Part shown: positions 1 to 7,192 of the stretch, piece by piece | Layout of the letters: the number at the start of each line of letters is the position of its first letter | How positions within the stretch are numbered: position 1 is the first letter of the stretch | Virus record (IMG/VR): IMGVR_UViG_3300028549_001760 | Source: a virus | DNA: 50,401 nucleotides | Reading direction: 5' to 3' (one strand) | Made by a program: the position numbers and the translations under genes | Notes under the pieces: model-generated | Databases searched by the model: none | What the model was told of the DNA's origin: nothing | What the model saw: only the letters and a program-made list of their open reading frames with translations

Positions 1-255
1 AACAAGCGCGTATGACCTGGTGGCCAACGCGGTGACTTCCGCTCATATCGTCGACGGGGCCGTGGTGGCGTCAAAGATCTTTGTTGAAAACCTGGCCGCT
101 ATTATTGGGAATCTGTCTGCCATACAGGGCGGCGCTGATGATCCAAACAACTATTGGATGCTTACGGATTTCCCTGGCAAGCCGGTCGACCGGATGGTCG
201 GCGAGTTACGGGCTGGCGGGGCAAAGTCCTTTATCAAGGTTACTCCTGACAGCAC
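1..255. repeat. Terminal overlap copy 1: identical to 50147-50401 (circular or circularly permuted assembly; unique genome length 50146 bp)
   Basis: Read directly: aacaagcgcgtatgacctggtggccaacgcgg... restarts at 50147 and runs unchanged to the last base (50401 = base 255). Confidence 0.95.
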
Positions 256-1471
256 CCCTGGCGCCGATGATGGCGACCTGCAGGTTGAAGGGCTCGACCT
301 GATAATGAAAAACGGCAAGATCCAAACCTACAAGGGCGTTGGCGAGGCCCGGCGCAGGTTTTCCCAGGAAGATACCTCTTTAGTGTGGACCAAGATAGAT
401 GAAAACGGTGATCCAATATTTGATATTGCCAGAATCGACCTTGATCCGGACGACTCTGTAAAGTTTACAAATATTTACTCAATCAATGCGGTGTCTCCTG
501 AATTGACAGAGCTTGAGGTTGTTACAAATTGCCCAGGGGACACAGCGATTTGCCAATATGATGGGAAGATATATATCCCTCACATGCTGGACACTGTTAT
601 GCTGGTTAATGTTTTGGATCCAGCTAATAACTCATATAGCAGCATAAGCTTGGGTGCTGGCGTTAGTGACACAACTAGAGCGGCAATTATAGTAGATGGC
701 ATTTTATACATGGCGCACGACGCGAACCGCGTGTACTGGCAAGACCTTACCACCGTCAACACACACGGTAATGTGTTTTACACAGGAGCAGGCGGAGGTG
801 AAGTGCTAAAAGGCCAAATACCATGCTTAAATGGTCAATTATATTTATATAACGCATGGGGGTATCATGTCTTTGATATTGCTACCAAGGCTTTTGTTGG
901 GCACGTTGCGCGTGCTTCGACAAAAATACTTGCTGCCGCTGATGAAGCATCTGGCTCTGTTTTTGATGTGGGGTATGATTCTAGTGGCGATTACTGGTTT
1001 TATTACGGTAGTGGTGGCATTGGGTTTCCTATGGACCCTGATAACGGTTATGCAAGGCTTACTATAACCATCGCTGGCTCGTGTGGGATTGTTGTCTCTG
1101 ATGGTATTGTCACTATTTTTTCTGGTGGCACTGGGGCGAATGATTATATCGCCCGCTGGGACATCCTTAATGAAGAATGGTTGCCGTTTTCTCACAATAC
1201 CATTAAGGTGGCTTGCGCTGGCCTCCTTGGTCTTTACGGCGGCAAGTATTTCTTTGAGGGGCTTGATGACGATGGCCGGCACGGTATTTATTCTTTCAGC
1301 CCGCTGCTTGATTTGTTTGAATACTACGGCGAAAAACCGAATGGCCTGACCAGCGCTCTTTCCTGTTTTGCGAATGGGTGGTTGTATTCAGAGGACTCTG
1401 ATGGTACAATAAATAGCACAGAGATTATGAGGAAGTATCCAGTGGGCGGCAATGCGCGTTACGCCCCGTAA
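1..1471 (+). CDS. Tail fibre / receptor-binding protein, C-terminal part of the gene that starts at 47193 (wraps through the window junction)
   Basis: No stop from base 2 to TAA 1469-1471. GTG at 20 equals base 50166, which is 991 codons after ATG 47193, so the two parts are in frame. The joined gene is 4425 nt (1474 aa). Repeated strands DGKIYIPH, DGILYMAH, NGQLYLYN, GGKYFFEG, NGWLYSED suggest a Kelch/beta-propeller-like distal domain. Confidence 0.75.
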   Translation, partial: TSAYDLVANAVTSAHIVDGAVVASKIFVENLAAIIGNLSAIQGGADDPNNYWMLTDFPGKPVDRMVGELRAGGAKSFIKVTPDSTPGADDGDLQVEGLDLIMKNGKIQTYKGVGEARRRFSQEDTSLVWTKIDENGDPIFDIARIDLDPDDSVKFTNIYSINAVSPELTELEVVTNCPGDTAICQYDGKIYIPHMLDTVMLVNVLDPANNSYSSISLGAGVSDTTRAAIIVDGILYMAHDANRVYWQDLTTVNTHGNVFYTGAGGGEVLKGQIPCLNGQLYLYNAWGYHVFDIATKAFVGHVARASTKILAAADEASGSVFDVGYDSSGDYWFYYGSGGIGFPMDPDNGYARLTITIAGSCGIVVSDGIVTIFSGGTGANDYIARWDILNEEWLPFSHNTIKVACAGLLGLYGGKYFFEGLDDDGRHGIYSFSPLLDLFEYYGEKPNGLTSALSCFANGWLYSEDSDGTINSTEIMRKYPVGGNARYAP

Positions 1472-1488
1472 ACACGAAAGGGAATAAT

Positions 1489-1761
1489 ATGAGAAAGATC
1501 GTAGGCACCTGCACCAAAGAAGAACTTGATAGCTTTAACCTGATCAGAACGAAAGTAGAGACGGCCAACCAGGCTCTTGCCATGAAGGTCGAGGATCCAA
1601 GCCAGCAAGATCAGTTTGTCAAAACAGTCCTGGATGTCCTGGCCGAATACAAGTGGCTAGAGCGCGACTGGTGGAACGACAAGATGAAACGGTTTGGAAT
1701 AACCAACGGGAAAGATCTTCATATCGACTTTTTCACTGGAGACTTATTCCTGAATGAGTAA
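1489..1761 (+). CDS. Hypothetical 90-aa protein, first gene of the CXXX-repeat/rSAM cassette (possible accessory or chaperone)
   Basis: ORF track. AAAGGGA lies upstream of the ATG. Third codon positions are G/C-rich like neighbouring genes. The stop overlaps the next start by 8 nt (ATGAGTAA, 1754-1761). No family recognised. Confidence 0.55.
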   Translation: MRKIVGTCTKEELDSFNLIRTKVETANQALAMKVEDPSQQDQFVKTVLDVLAEYKWLERDWWNDKMKRFGITNGKDLHIDFFTGDLFLNE

Positions 1762-3055
1762 TGAAAAGACCTACACGCAAATGTACCCATTAGTGGGGAA
1801 AGACATCCGTATTGTCGACGTCAACGAGACGATGGCCGAAGCCAATGTGCAGCGGGCTGTCATCGGAGCTGCGGCGAAAACATGGACTAGCACCCCGCAG
1901 TCTGGCGGCGAGATCCGCGTTTCTCACATGGAGGATTTGCGTTTAGCGGTCACTAACTTAGTTCGTACAGTCAGCTTTTCTGACCCGACGCTAAGTGCTT
2001 ATGGAAATGTTAGGGCTCTTCACATGGAAGAGGTCCGACAGATAATTGACGACCGCAGGAATAACGCCGCGTGTGTGAATTGTTCATCCTCATGCGCCAG
2101 GGCGTGTAGCTCTGCTTGTTATTCCGGATGCGAAGTTGATTGCTCGGCCGATTGTATGGACTGTTGTACGGGGGCTTGCGATACGGCTTGTATCGAAGAA
2201 TGTTCGTCAAATTGCCTTGGCGACTGCACGAGCGTTTGTCGAAATGGTTGCGCGAATGCTTGCAAAACCACTTGTACGGCGGCGTGTTCTGGCGATTGTA
2301 ATGTGGTTTGTTACACAAGCTGCAGCGCAACTTGCTCGACTGTTTGTACTGGCGGCGGCTGTCAGGGCACTTGTTCTGGCACTTGCAGTTATGCTTGTGA
2401 TACTATTTGCATGGCAAGTTGTCAGTTGGGGTGCGGCGGCTATTGTACGACGAATTGTTATACCTCCTGCAATGGGTGCCGAGCCGCTTGTAAAATGGGC
2501 TGTGGATTTGCTTGTATTGGCGTATGTGATACTTCCTGCGCCGGATATTGTTATACAACCTGCTCAACTGGTTGTGCCACTTACTGTACTAGAGTATGTA
2601 CTGGCTCTTGTGGCGAAGCCTGCAATTCCGGTTGTTCACCTAGCTGCACAACCCATTGCTATACTGGATGCAGCGTAACGTGCTACATGAGCTGCAATTC
2701 AAATTGCTATACAGCCTGCACAACTGGTTGCGTCCAAACCTGCGCCGTTAATTGCTCTACTACCTGCACAAATGCTTGCTATGCGAATTGTAGCGGCACC
2801 TGCAATGTCGGCGACTGCAGTTCATCGTGCGATTATTCTTGTGACTTAAATTGTTATTACAATTGTGACTCGACTTGCGATACGCAATGCTACGCTTCTT
2901 GCAGCAATAACTGTTATGGCTCATGCTCGGCGGCCTGCAGCACTAATTGTTCAACTGGGTGCATAGACAGCTGCCGCGCCACCTGTAACCAGTCTTGTTA
3001 TTCTGGTTGCGCTAATTCAAACCGCCACATGGCAGACCAAGGATCTTATGCTTGA
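1754..3055 (+). CDS. Giant CXXX-repeat cysteine-rich protein (433 aa), presumed substrate of the adjacent radical SAM enzyme
   Basis: Residues 1-106 have no Cys. Residues 107-419 carry about 80 consecutive X-X-X-C units by hand count (CSSSCARACSSACYSGCEVDC...NQSCYSGC), followed by a 14-aa Cys-free tail. The gene has 8-nt overlaps with both neighbours. Confidence 0.8.
   Translation: MSNEKTYTQMYPLVGKDIRIVDVNETMAEANVQRAVIGAAAKTWTSTPQSGGEIRVSHMEDLRLAVTNLVRTVSFSDPTLSAYGNVRALHMEEVRQIIDDRRNNAACVNCSSSCARACSSACYSGCEVDCSADCMDCCTGACDTACIEECSSNCLGDCTSVCRNGCANACKTTCTAACSGDCNVVCYTSCSATCSTVCTGGGCQGTCSGTCSYACDTICMASCQLGCGGYCTTNCYTSCNGCRAACKMGCGFACIGVCDTSCAGYCYTTCSTGCATYCTRVCTGSCGEACNSGCSPSCTTHCYTGCSVTCYMSCNSNCYTACTTGCVQTCAVNCSTTCTNACYANCSGTCNVGDCSSSCDYSCDLNCYYNCDSTCDTQCYASCSNNCYGSCSAACSTNCSTGCIDSCRATCNQSCYSGCANSNRHMADQGSYA
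2072..3010 (+). repeat. Coding array of about 80 four-codon units, each ending in TGY (Cys)
   Basis: A TGC/TGT codon recurs every 12 nt with only four register breaks (MDCC, TGGGC, NGC, NVGDC). Spacer codons are diverse, so the period is at protein level rather than a DNA tandem repeat. Confidence 0.85.
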
Positions 3056-4199
3056 TAATATACCGAACTTCCAGGGCTTGAATGTCACGTTCAATACAGG
3101 CGAGGACTGCAATCTCGCCTGTAAGTATTGCTACGAGGTTGATAAACGCAAGTCAGTCTTGTCCCTGGATTATGCAAAAAAGTTTGTTGATATCCTGCTC
3201 GATGATCCAGACCCCATTGGTGTTATGGGGACCGACAACGAGTGGATGCTTAACAGCGGTCTGATTCTGGATTTTATCGGCGGCGATGCGCTAATGCACC
3301 CGGAGCTTGTTGATTCGATCCTTCGGTATTTCGTGCAGAAGGCTGTCATCAAAAAGCACCGCTGGGCGTTCAACTGGCGCGGATCCATTTCCACCAACGG
3401 CACTCTGTTTGAGAATCCGGAAGTACGCAAGTTTATTGAGCGGTGGCACCGGAATCTTTCTATCGGCGTTAGCGTTGACGGATCTCCGGCGCTGCATGAC
3501 TCTAACCGTATCTACCCTGATGGCCGGGGGAGCATGGCTAAGATCAGAGAATGGTGGGACTGGTATCGAAATTTCTATCCTGATGGCAGCACGAAGTCTA
3601 CCCTGTCAGAGGCATCGATCCCCTATATCTATGAATCCCTAGTGTTCATGCGTGAAGAAATGGACATCAAGTACGTCAATCAAAACTTCATCTTCGAGAA
3701 CATGGAGCTTGACCAGGCAGATCTGGACCTGCTCGATGAACAGATGGCGCTCGGAGTGGCCTATGTAAAGGCCCACCCTGATATGTACTGGGGTATGATC
3801 GACAAGCGGTTTGCTGACGCCGTTCCGTACCCGGAGAATGTTGCGGCCAATCCCTGTAAATCCTGGTGCGGATCTGGATCCATGCCGGCTCTTTCTCCAG
3901 ATGGCAAGATCTATCCGTGCTTCCGGTTCCTCCCGCACACCCAGGCGCAGCACGTTGATATGTCGGTCGGCGATATCTGGACCGGATTTGAGCGCAAGGA
4001 TAATTTCGTCTGCATCCGCGGTAAGACACGCGAAGTAATCAGCCCAAAGAAATGCCGGGAATGCGATATAGAATCCGGCTGCGCATGGTGTATCGCTGGA
4101 AGCTATTCTGAAACCGGCGGGGCAACCAGGCAAACATATATCTGCGAAGTGCAGAAGATCCAGACGAAATGGGCTAAGATCTATTGGGGGGGTGTATGA
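3048..4199 (+). CDS. Radical SAM enzyme with C-terminal SPASM-type auxiliary cluster domain (peptide/protein maturase)
   Basis: CNLACKYC (CX3CX2C) at residues 21-28, with TGC at 3108-3110. IGGDALMHP is a GGE-like SAM motif. C-terminal CGSGSMPALSPDGKIYPC and CRECDIESGCAWC...C are SPASM-like. The start overlaps the CXXX gene stop (ATGCTTGA). Confidence 0.9.
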   Translation: MLDNIPNFQGLNVTFNTGEDCNLACKYCYEVDKRKSVLSLDYAKKFVDILLDDPDPIGVMGTDNEWMLNSGLILDFIGGDALMHPELVDSILRYFVQKAVIKKHRWAFNWRGSISTNGTLFENPEVRKFIERWHRNLSIGVSVDGSPALHDSNRIYPDGRGSMAKIREWWDWYRNFYPDGSTKSTLSEASIPYIYESLVFMREEMDIKYVNQNFIFENMELDQADLDLLDEQMALGVAYVKAHPDMYWGMIDKRFADAVPYPENVAANPCKSWCGSGSMPALSPDGKIYPCFRFLPHTQAQHVDMSVGDIWTGFERKDNFVCIRGKTREVISPKKCRECDIESGCAWCIAGSYSETGGATRQTYICEVQKIQTKWAKIYWGGV

Positions 4200-4417
4200 A
4201 AATAATTGGCATGGTCAACAATGATTCCCAGGCGATCGACTTCCTGCCTGGGCTTCCGCCACAGGTAGAAAACGCCTTGGACCATATCATCGAGAAGCAT
4301 GACATCGTAATTCGGGTACCTGGCACTTCTATGGAGTACGTTATCACGGCCAAGAAGCTGGCCGATGGCTCATTCCACCTTTTTTATAAAGGGACTGAAT
4401 TGACAGTGAGTGTCTGA
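4196..4417 (+). CDS. Hypothetical 73-aa protein, last coupled gene of the cassette
   Basis: ATGA overlap with the rSAM stop (4196-4199). The ORF track frame is 4184..4417; I prefer the MKIIGMV start. Third positions are G/C-rich. Confidence 0.5.
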   Translation: MKIIGMVNNDSQAIDFLPGLPPQVENALDHIIEKHDIVIRVPGTSMEYVITAKKLADGSFHLFYKGTELTVSV

Positions 4418-4444
4418 ATCGGCGATGATGCAACCGGGGGCAAT

Positions 4445-4855
4445 ATGGCAAATAAACCGACGCTACTAGACTTGATATGGGGGTTGCCGCAGCATATTGT
4501 TGCCGGCTTTTTGTTTTTGGCGCTATGTATTGGCAAGAAGATTGATTCAATCGAGCGCCTGGATAACGGGGTCTGCGTAATCCGGATCCGTTCGTTCCAT
4601 GGTGGAGTCAGCCTTGGCTGGTTTGTTTTTGTTGGTGTAATGGCTATGCCCGAAGTGATAATGCACGAGTCGGGCCACTCTTGCCAATCTATGACGCTTG
4701 GTCCGCTGTATTTAATCATCATAGGGTTGCCAAGCTTTTTATTTGCCACGATTGCTACAATACAAGGGCAAGCGGCGCGAAGATGGTACTACCGGATGTA
4801 TACCGAGGCATGGGCCGACAAACTGGGCGGCGTTACCAGGGGGATATACCTATGA
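4445..4855 (+). CDS. Small polytopic membrane protein with HExxH motif (putative membrane zinc peptidase)
   Basis: Hydrophobic segments IVAGFLFLALCI, GWFVFVGVMAM and LYLIIIGLPSFLFATIA. HESGH lies between them. A family assignment (DUF3267-like zincin) is from memory only. Confidence 0.55.
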   Translation: MANKPTLLDLIWGLPQHIVAGFLFLALCIGKKIDSIERLDNGVCVIRIRSFHGGVSLGWFVFVGVMAMPEVIMHESGHSCQSMTLGPLYLIIIGLPSFLFATIATIQGQAARRWYYRMYTEAWADKLGGVTRGIYL

Positions 4856-5136
4856 GGGCCACATACTACCTGCTTATTTCCTTCCTGCTCCTTGCCAGGG
4901 CAATCCTTTTCTTTGTCCAGCACCACCAAATTGGCCATAGGAGAAATGATCAAACCCTTGCGGGGATCTTTGTCCTTTTCGCCCTTTCATACGCCATTTA
5001 TGCCATCCGCCCGTTAGAATACGGGCCGGATCATTTCGTCTACTGGCTTGAGATAGGTCTGGACGGGGCCATTGGCATTATCACCGCTATCGAAACGCTG
5101 AAAGCCTACTCGCAGGCAGTAAAGGGTAAGAAATAA
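4852..5136 (+). CDS. 94-aa membrane protein with three hydrophobic segments and a charged C-terminus (holin-like topology)
   Basis: ATGA overlap with the upstream stop (4852-4855), in frame with track ORF 4681..5136. The sequence is MRATYYLLISFLLLARAILFF...AVKGKK. Confidence 0.5.
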   Translation: MRATYYLLISFLLLARAILFFVQHHQIGHRRNDQTLAGIFVLFALSYAIYAIRPLEYGPDHFVYWLEIGLDGAIGIITAIETLKAYSQAVKGKK

Positions 5137-6047
5137 TGTCTGGAATTCCTCTTTGGGAACAAGCCCTTACCATCCTTATGTGGATGGTTGCCGCTACGAT
5201 TGGCGGCCTGGTCCTGGTGATGCTTCTGCGTCTTATTGGGAAGAAACGGTCGGTGACGATCCCTACACCAGCTGGTCCACTTGAGATTGGCAGCGAGGTT
5301 GGCGGCGTTGAGGTTGAAGCGGCCACCCAACAAAACGGGGTTGTGCCGGCGATCCCCCCTTCCGGCAAACAGGGGAATCCTCATATCACCTGCCCTAATC
5401 TCAAGGATGTCATCATCGTTTTCAGGAACCGTGATGACCTTAAGGATCATATAGCCAGGATCAAAGAAGAGTCACGCGCGAAAGTGACAAGGATCGAAAC
5501 GCACGAGCTCCCGAAGGAAATCATGCAGAGCGCCGAGGATACTATCGCCAGGGTAATCGGCATGATGGAATCCGGATACCTTACTTTGCTTAAAGAGCAG
5601 GGAATTGCTAAGAGTGAGGTGGCGGCCACCGAGCAATTCAAATTGTATCGGATAATCGTCAAGGCGATTCAGCCGCACCTTATTCTTGAGTCGCGGCGCA
5701 TGATGAAGGAAAATGGCTGGATCAAGAAAGAAACAGACGGGACATTCAACACCTATGTGTCGCGGAAAACGGAAGATTTTCTTTCGACCGTGACTGACCT
5801 CTTGAATGACTATTATGTTATCGAGGCGCCGACCAGGTCAGAGCTTTACAGCTTCATGATGACCAAGGTAAGGCAGCCAAACGGTATCCTTGAAACCGTA
5901 GCTGAAACCATCCGGGGGTTCTTGGTCATCGCCAAGAACTGGCGCAAAGAGATTGAAAAAATCAACACCGAAACCGATGAACAAGTCGAGATCCTGCAGC
6001 GCCGCATGGAAAAAGAAATGTCAGAGATCCTGGGCGGGGAGTGCTAA
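5136..6047 (+). CDS. 303-aa protein with an N-terminal transmembrane anchor, function unknown
   Basis: ORF track. TAATG overlap with the upstream stop. The TM segment is ILMWMVAATIGGLVLVMLLRLI; the remainder is helical-looking and charged. Confidence 0.6.
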   Translation: MSGIPLWEQALTILMWMVAATIGGLVLVMLLRLIGKKRSVTIPTPAGPLEIGSEVGGVEVEAATQQNGVVPAIPPSGKQGNPHITCPNLKDVIIVFRNRDDLKDHIARIKEESRAKVTRIETHELPKEIMQSAEDTIARVIGMMESGYLTLLKEQGIAKSEVAATEQFKLYRIIVKAIQPHLILESRRMMKENGWIKKETDGTFNTYVSRKTEDFLSTVTDLLNDYYVIEAPTRSELYSFMMTKVRQPNGILETVAETIRGFLVIAKNWRKEIEKINTETDEQVEILQRRMEKEMSEILGGEC

Positions 6048-6206
6048 GTGGATACGGACGAAGCGATCTTGTTCGGCCGCCACTTGGAGAATACAGTGCC
6101 GGCCGCCGCCAGGACCGAACTGATGATGGTCATTGTCGCGCTGTACCAAGAGGTAGAGCGCCTGAAAGGGGAAACCGATGGGATCTCAATTTTGGGATGT
6201 GCCTAA
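6048..6206 (+). CDS. Small 52-aa ORF (GTG start), below the ORF-track size cut-off
   Basis: GTG follows immediately after TAA 6045-6047. About 71% G/C at third positions by hand count, like real genes here. It overlaps the next gene by 29 nt. Confidence 0.4.
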   Translation: MDTDEAILFGRHLENTVPAAARTELMMVIVALYQEVERLKGETDGISILGCA

Positions 6207-6792
6207 TAGCGGGAATGTAGACCAGGACAACAACTCGGTCGAGCGCTTGCTTGGGCTGCTGATTTCGACCTATAGCAAGGGCAAAGACAAGCGCACGATT
6301 TACCGTGAGACTTGCGGCCCTTCTTCTTTCGAGGCTTGCCTTGAGTCTCATGGCATTGACCAGAAAAGCAAGTGTGGGCTGCTCCAGCCGAGCGATTTCT
6401 ACACCATGCTCATGAACGATCGGCGCTACATCAACAATCCAGCCTGGGACCAGCCGGTGAACCGTTTCATCGAAGCCTACCCACTCCTGGCCCGCCTTTT
6501 GTACCCGGAAGCCATAGAGTGCAAGGTTGAGTGGTACCCGAAGGTCGGTGACCTGGCCGCCATAGTCCGCGAGGTTTTGCTGCGGCCGAAAACGAACTGC
6601 ATACTTAATTTGAAGGTGCCTGGGCACTACATCGCGGCGTTCCATATCAGCGACACGGACATCGTTTACTATAACGATTCTTGGAAGGCTGATACCTGGA
6701 ATCCGTCGCCGAATCACAAGCGATCGATCCCCCTCGCGGACCTTGTTAAAAATATCAAGGTTGGCCTGGTGTCGATCAGAAAGTTGGGATGA
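6178..6792 (+). CDS. Papain-fold cysteine peptidase-like protein (C39-like): candidate processing peptidase or cell-wall peptidase
   Basis: RETCGPSSFEACLESHG resembles the Cys motif of C39-like peptidases. A later PGHYIAAFH and YYNDSW supply candidate His and Asp/Asn. AGGGGA lies upstream of the ATG. Confidence 0.5.
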   Translation: MGSQFWDVPNSGNVDQDNNSVERLLGLLISTYSKGKDKRTIYRETCGPSSFEACLESHGIDQKSKCGLLQPSDFYTMLMNDRRYINNPAWDQPVNRFIEAYPLLARLLYPEAIECKVEWYPKVGDLAAIVREVLLRPKTNCILNLKVPGHYIAAFHISDTDIVYYNDSWKADTWNPSPNHKRSIPLADLVKNIKVGLVSIRKLG

Positions 6793-7055
6793 TGACTGGC
6801 AAGAAAATCGGTAAATCGGTCATGTGGGTGGTCGGGTTTCTGGCGTTCCTCGGAGTCGTGCTATTGTGTATATTCAGGGGAGCGTCCGACAACGTGACCA
6901 TGTACGCTATGGGCGCTCTGGTGGTCCACTTTGGCATTGGGATGGGCGTTGACCTTGGCGCCAAGATCCAGCGGTCAATCTGGTACCGTCGTGAGCTTGA
7001 TTCAAACGCTCGACCGAATAATGTGGAAAATTTTCCACAAGGGACATCAAGCTGA
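6789..7055 (+). CDS. 88-aa two-TM membrane protein with a charged tail (holin-like)
   Basis: ATGA overlap at 6789-6792. TM segments VMWVVGFLAFLGVVLLCIF and AMGALVVHFGIGMGV. The C-terminal VENFPQG is encoded by palindrome copy 1. Confidence 0.5.
   Translation: MMTGKKIGKSVMWVVGFLAFLGVVLLCIFRGASDNVTMYAMGALVVHFGIGMGVDLGAKIQRSIWYRRELDSNARPNNVENFPQGTSS
7022..7039. promoter_or_regulatory. 18-bp palindrome TGTGGAAAATTTTCCACA, copy 1 of 10
   Basis: Perfect palindrome. It lies inside the 3' end of 6789..7055 and at the opening of the frame that leads to 7193..7531. Confidence 0.8.
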
Positions 7056-7192
7056 ACAGTGAAAGCGGATTCCTTGAGTCGTTAATTTTCGCACTCAACA
7101 AGCGGGGGTGCGATGTAACGGCCGAGGATCTGCGTCAGCGGGTTTGTGAGGATGATCCCTGCACCCGGTATTACATAGAGAAAAATCCTACC

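Noticed and set aside
2136-2678. 180-aa plus-strand ORF in an alternative frame inside the CXXX gene, together with the 106-aa minus-strand ORF 2010..2330
   Set aside because: Both lie wholly within the 12-nt periodic Cys-codon array. The periodic composition keeps off-frames open. The products are low-complexity (Ala/Val/Leu/Arg strings) and have no start context.
2072-3010. Regular 12-nt periodicity that might suggest a CRISPR array or a DNA tandem repeat
   Set aside because: The period is far too short for repeat-spacer units, there is no conserved repeat sequence at DNA level, and the region is a clean ORF. No CRISPR-like array is present anywhere in the window.
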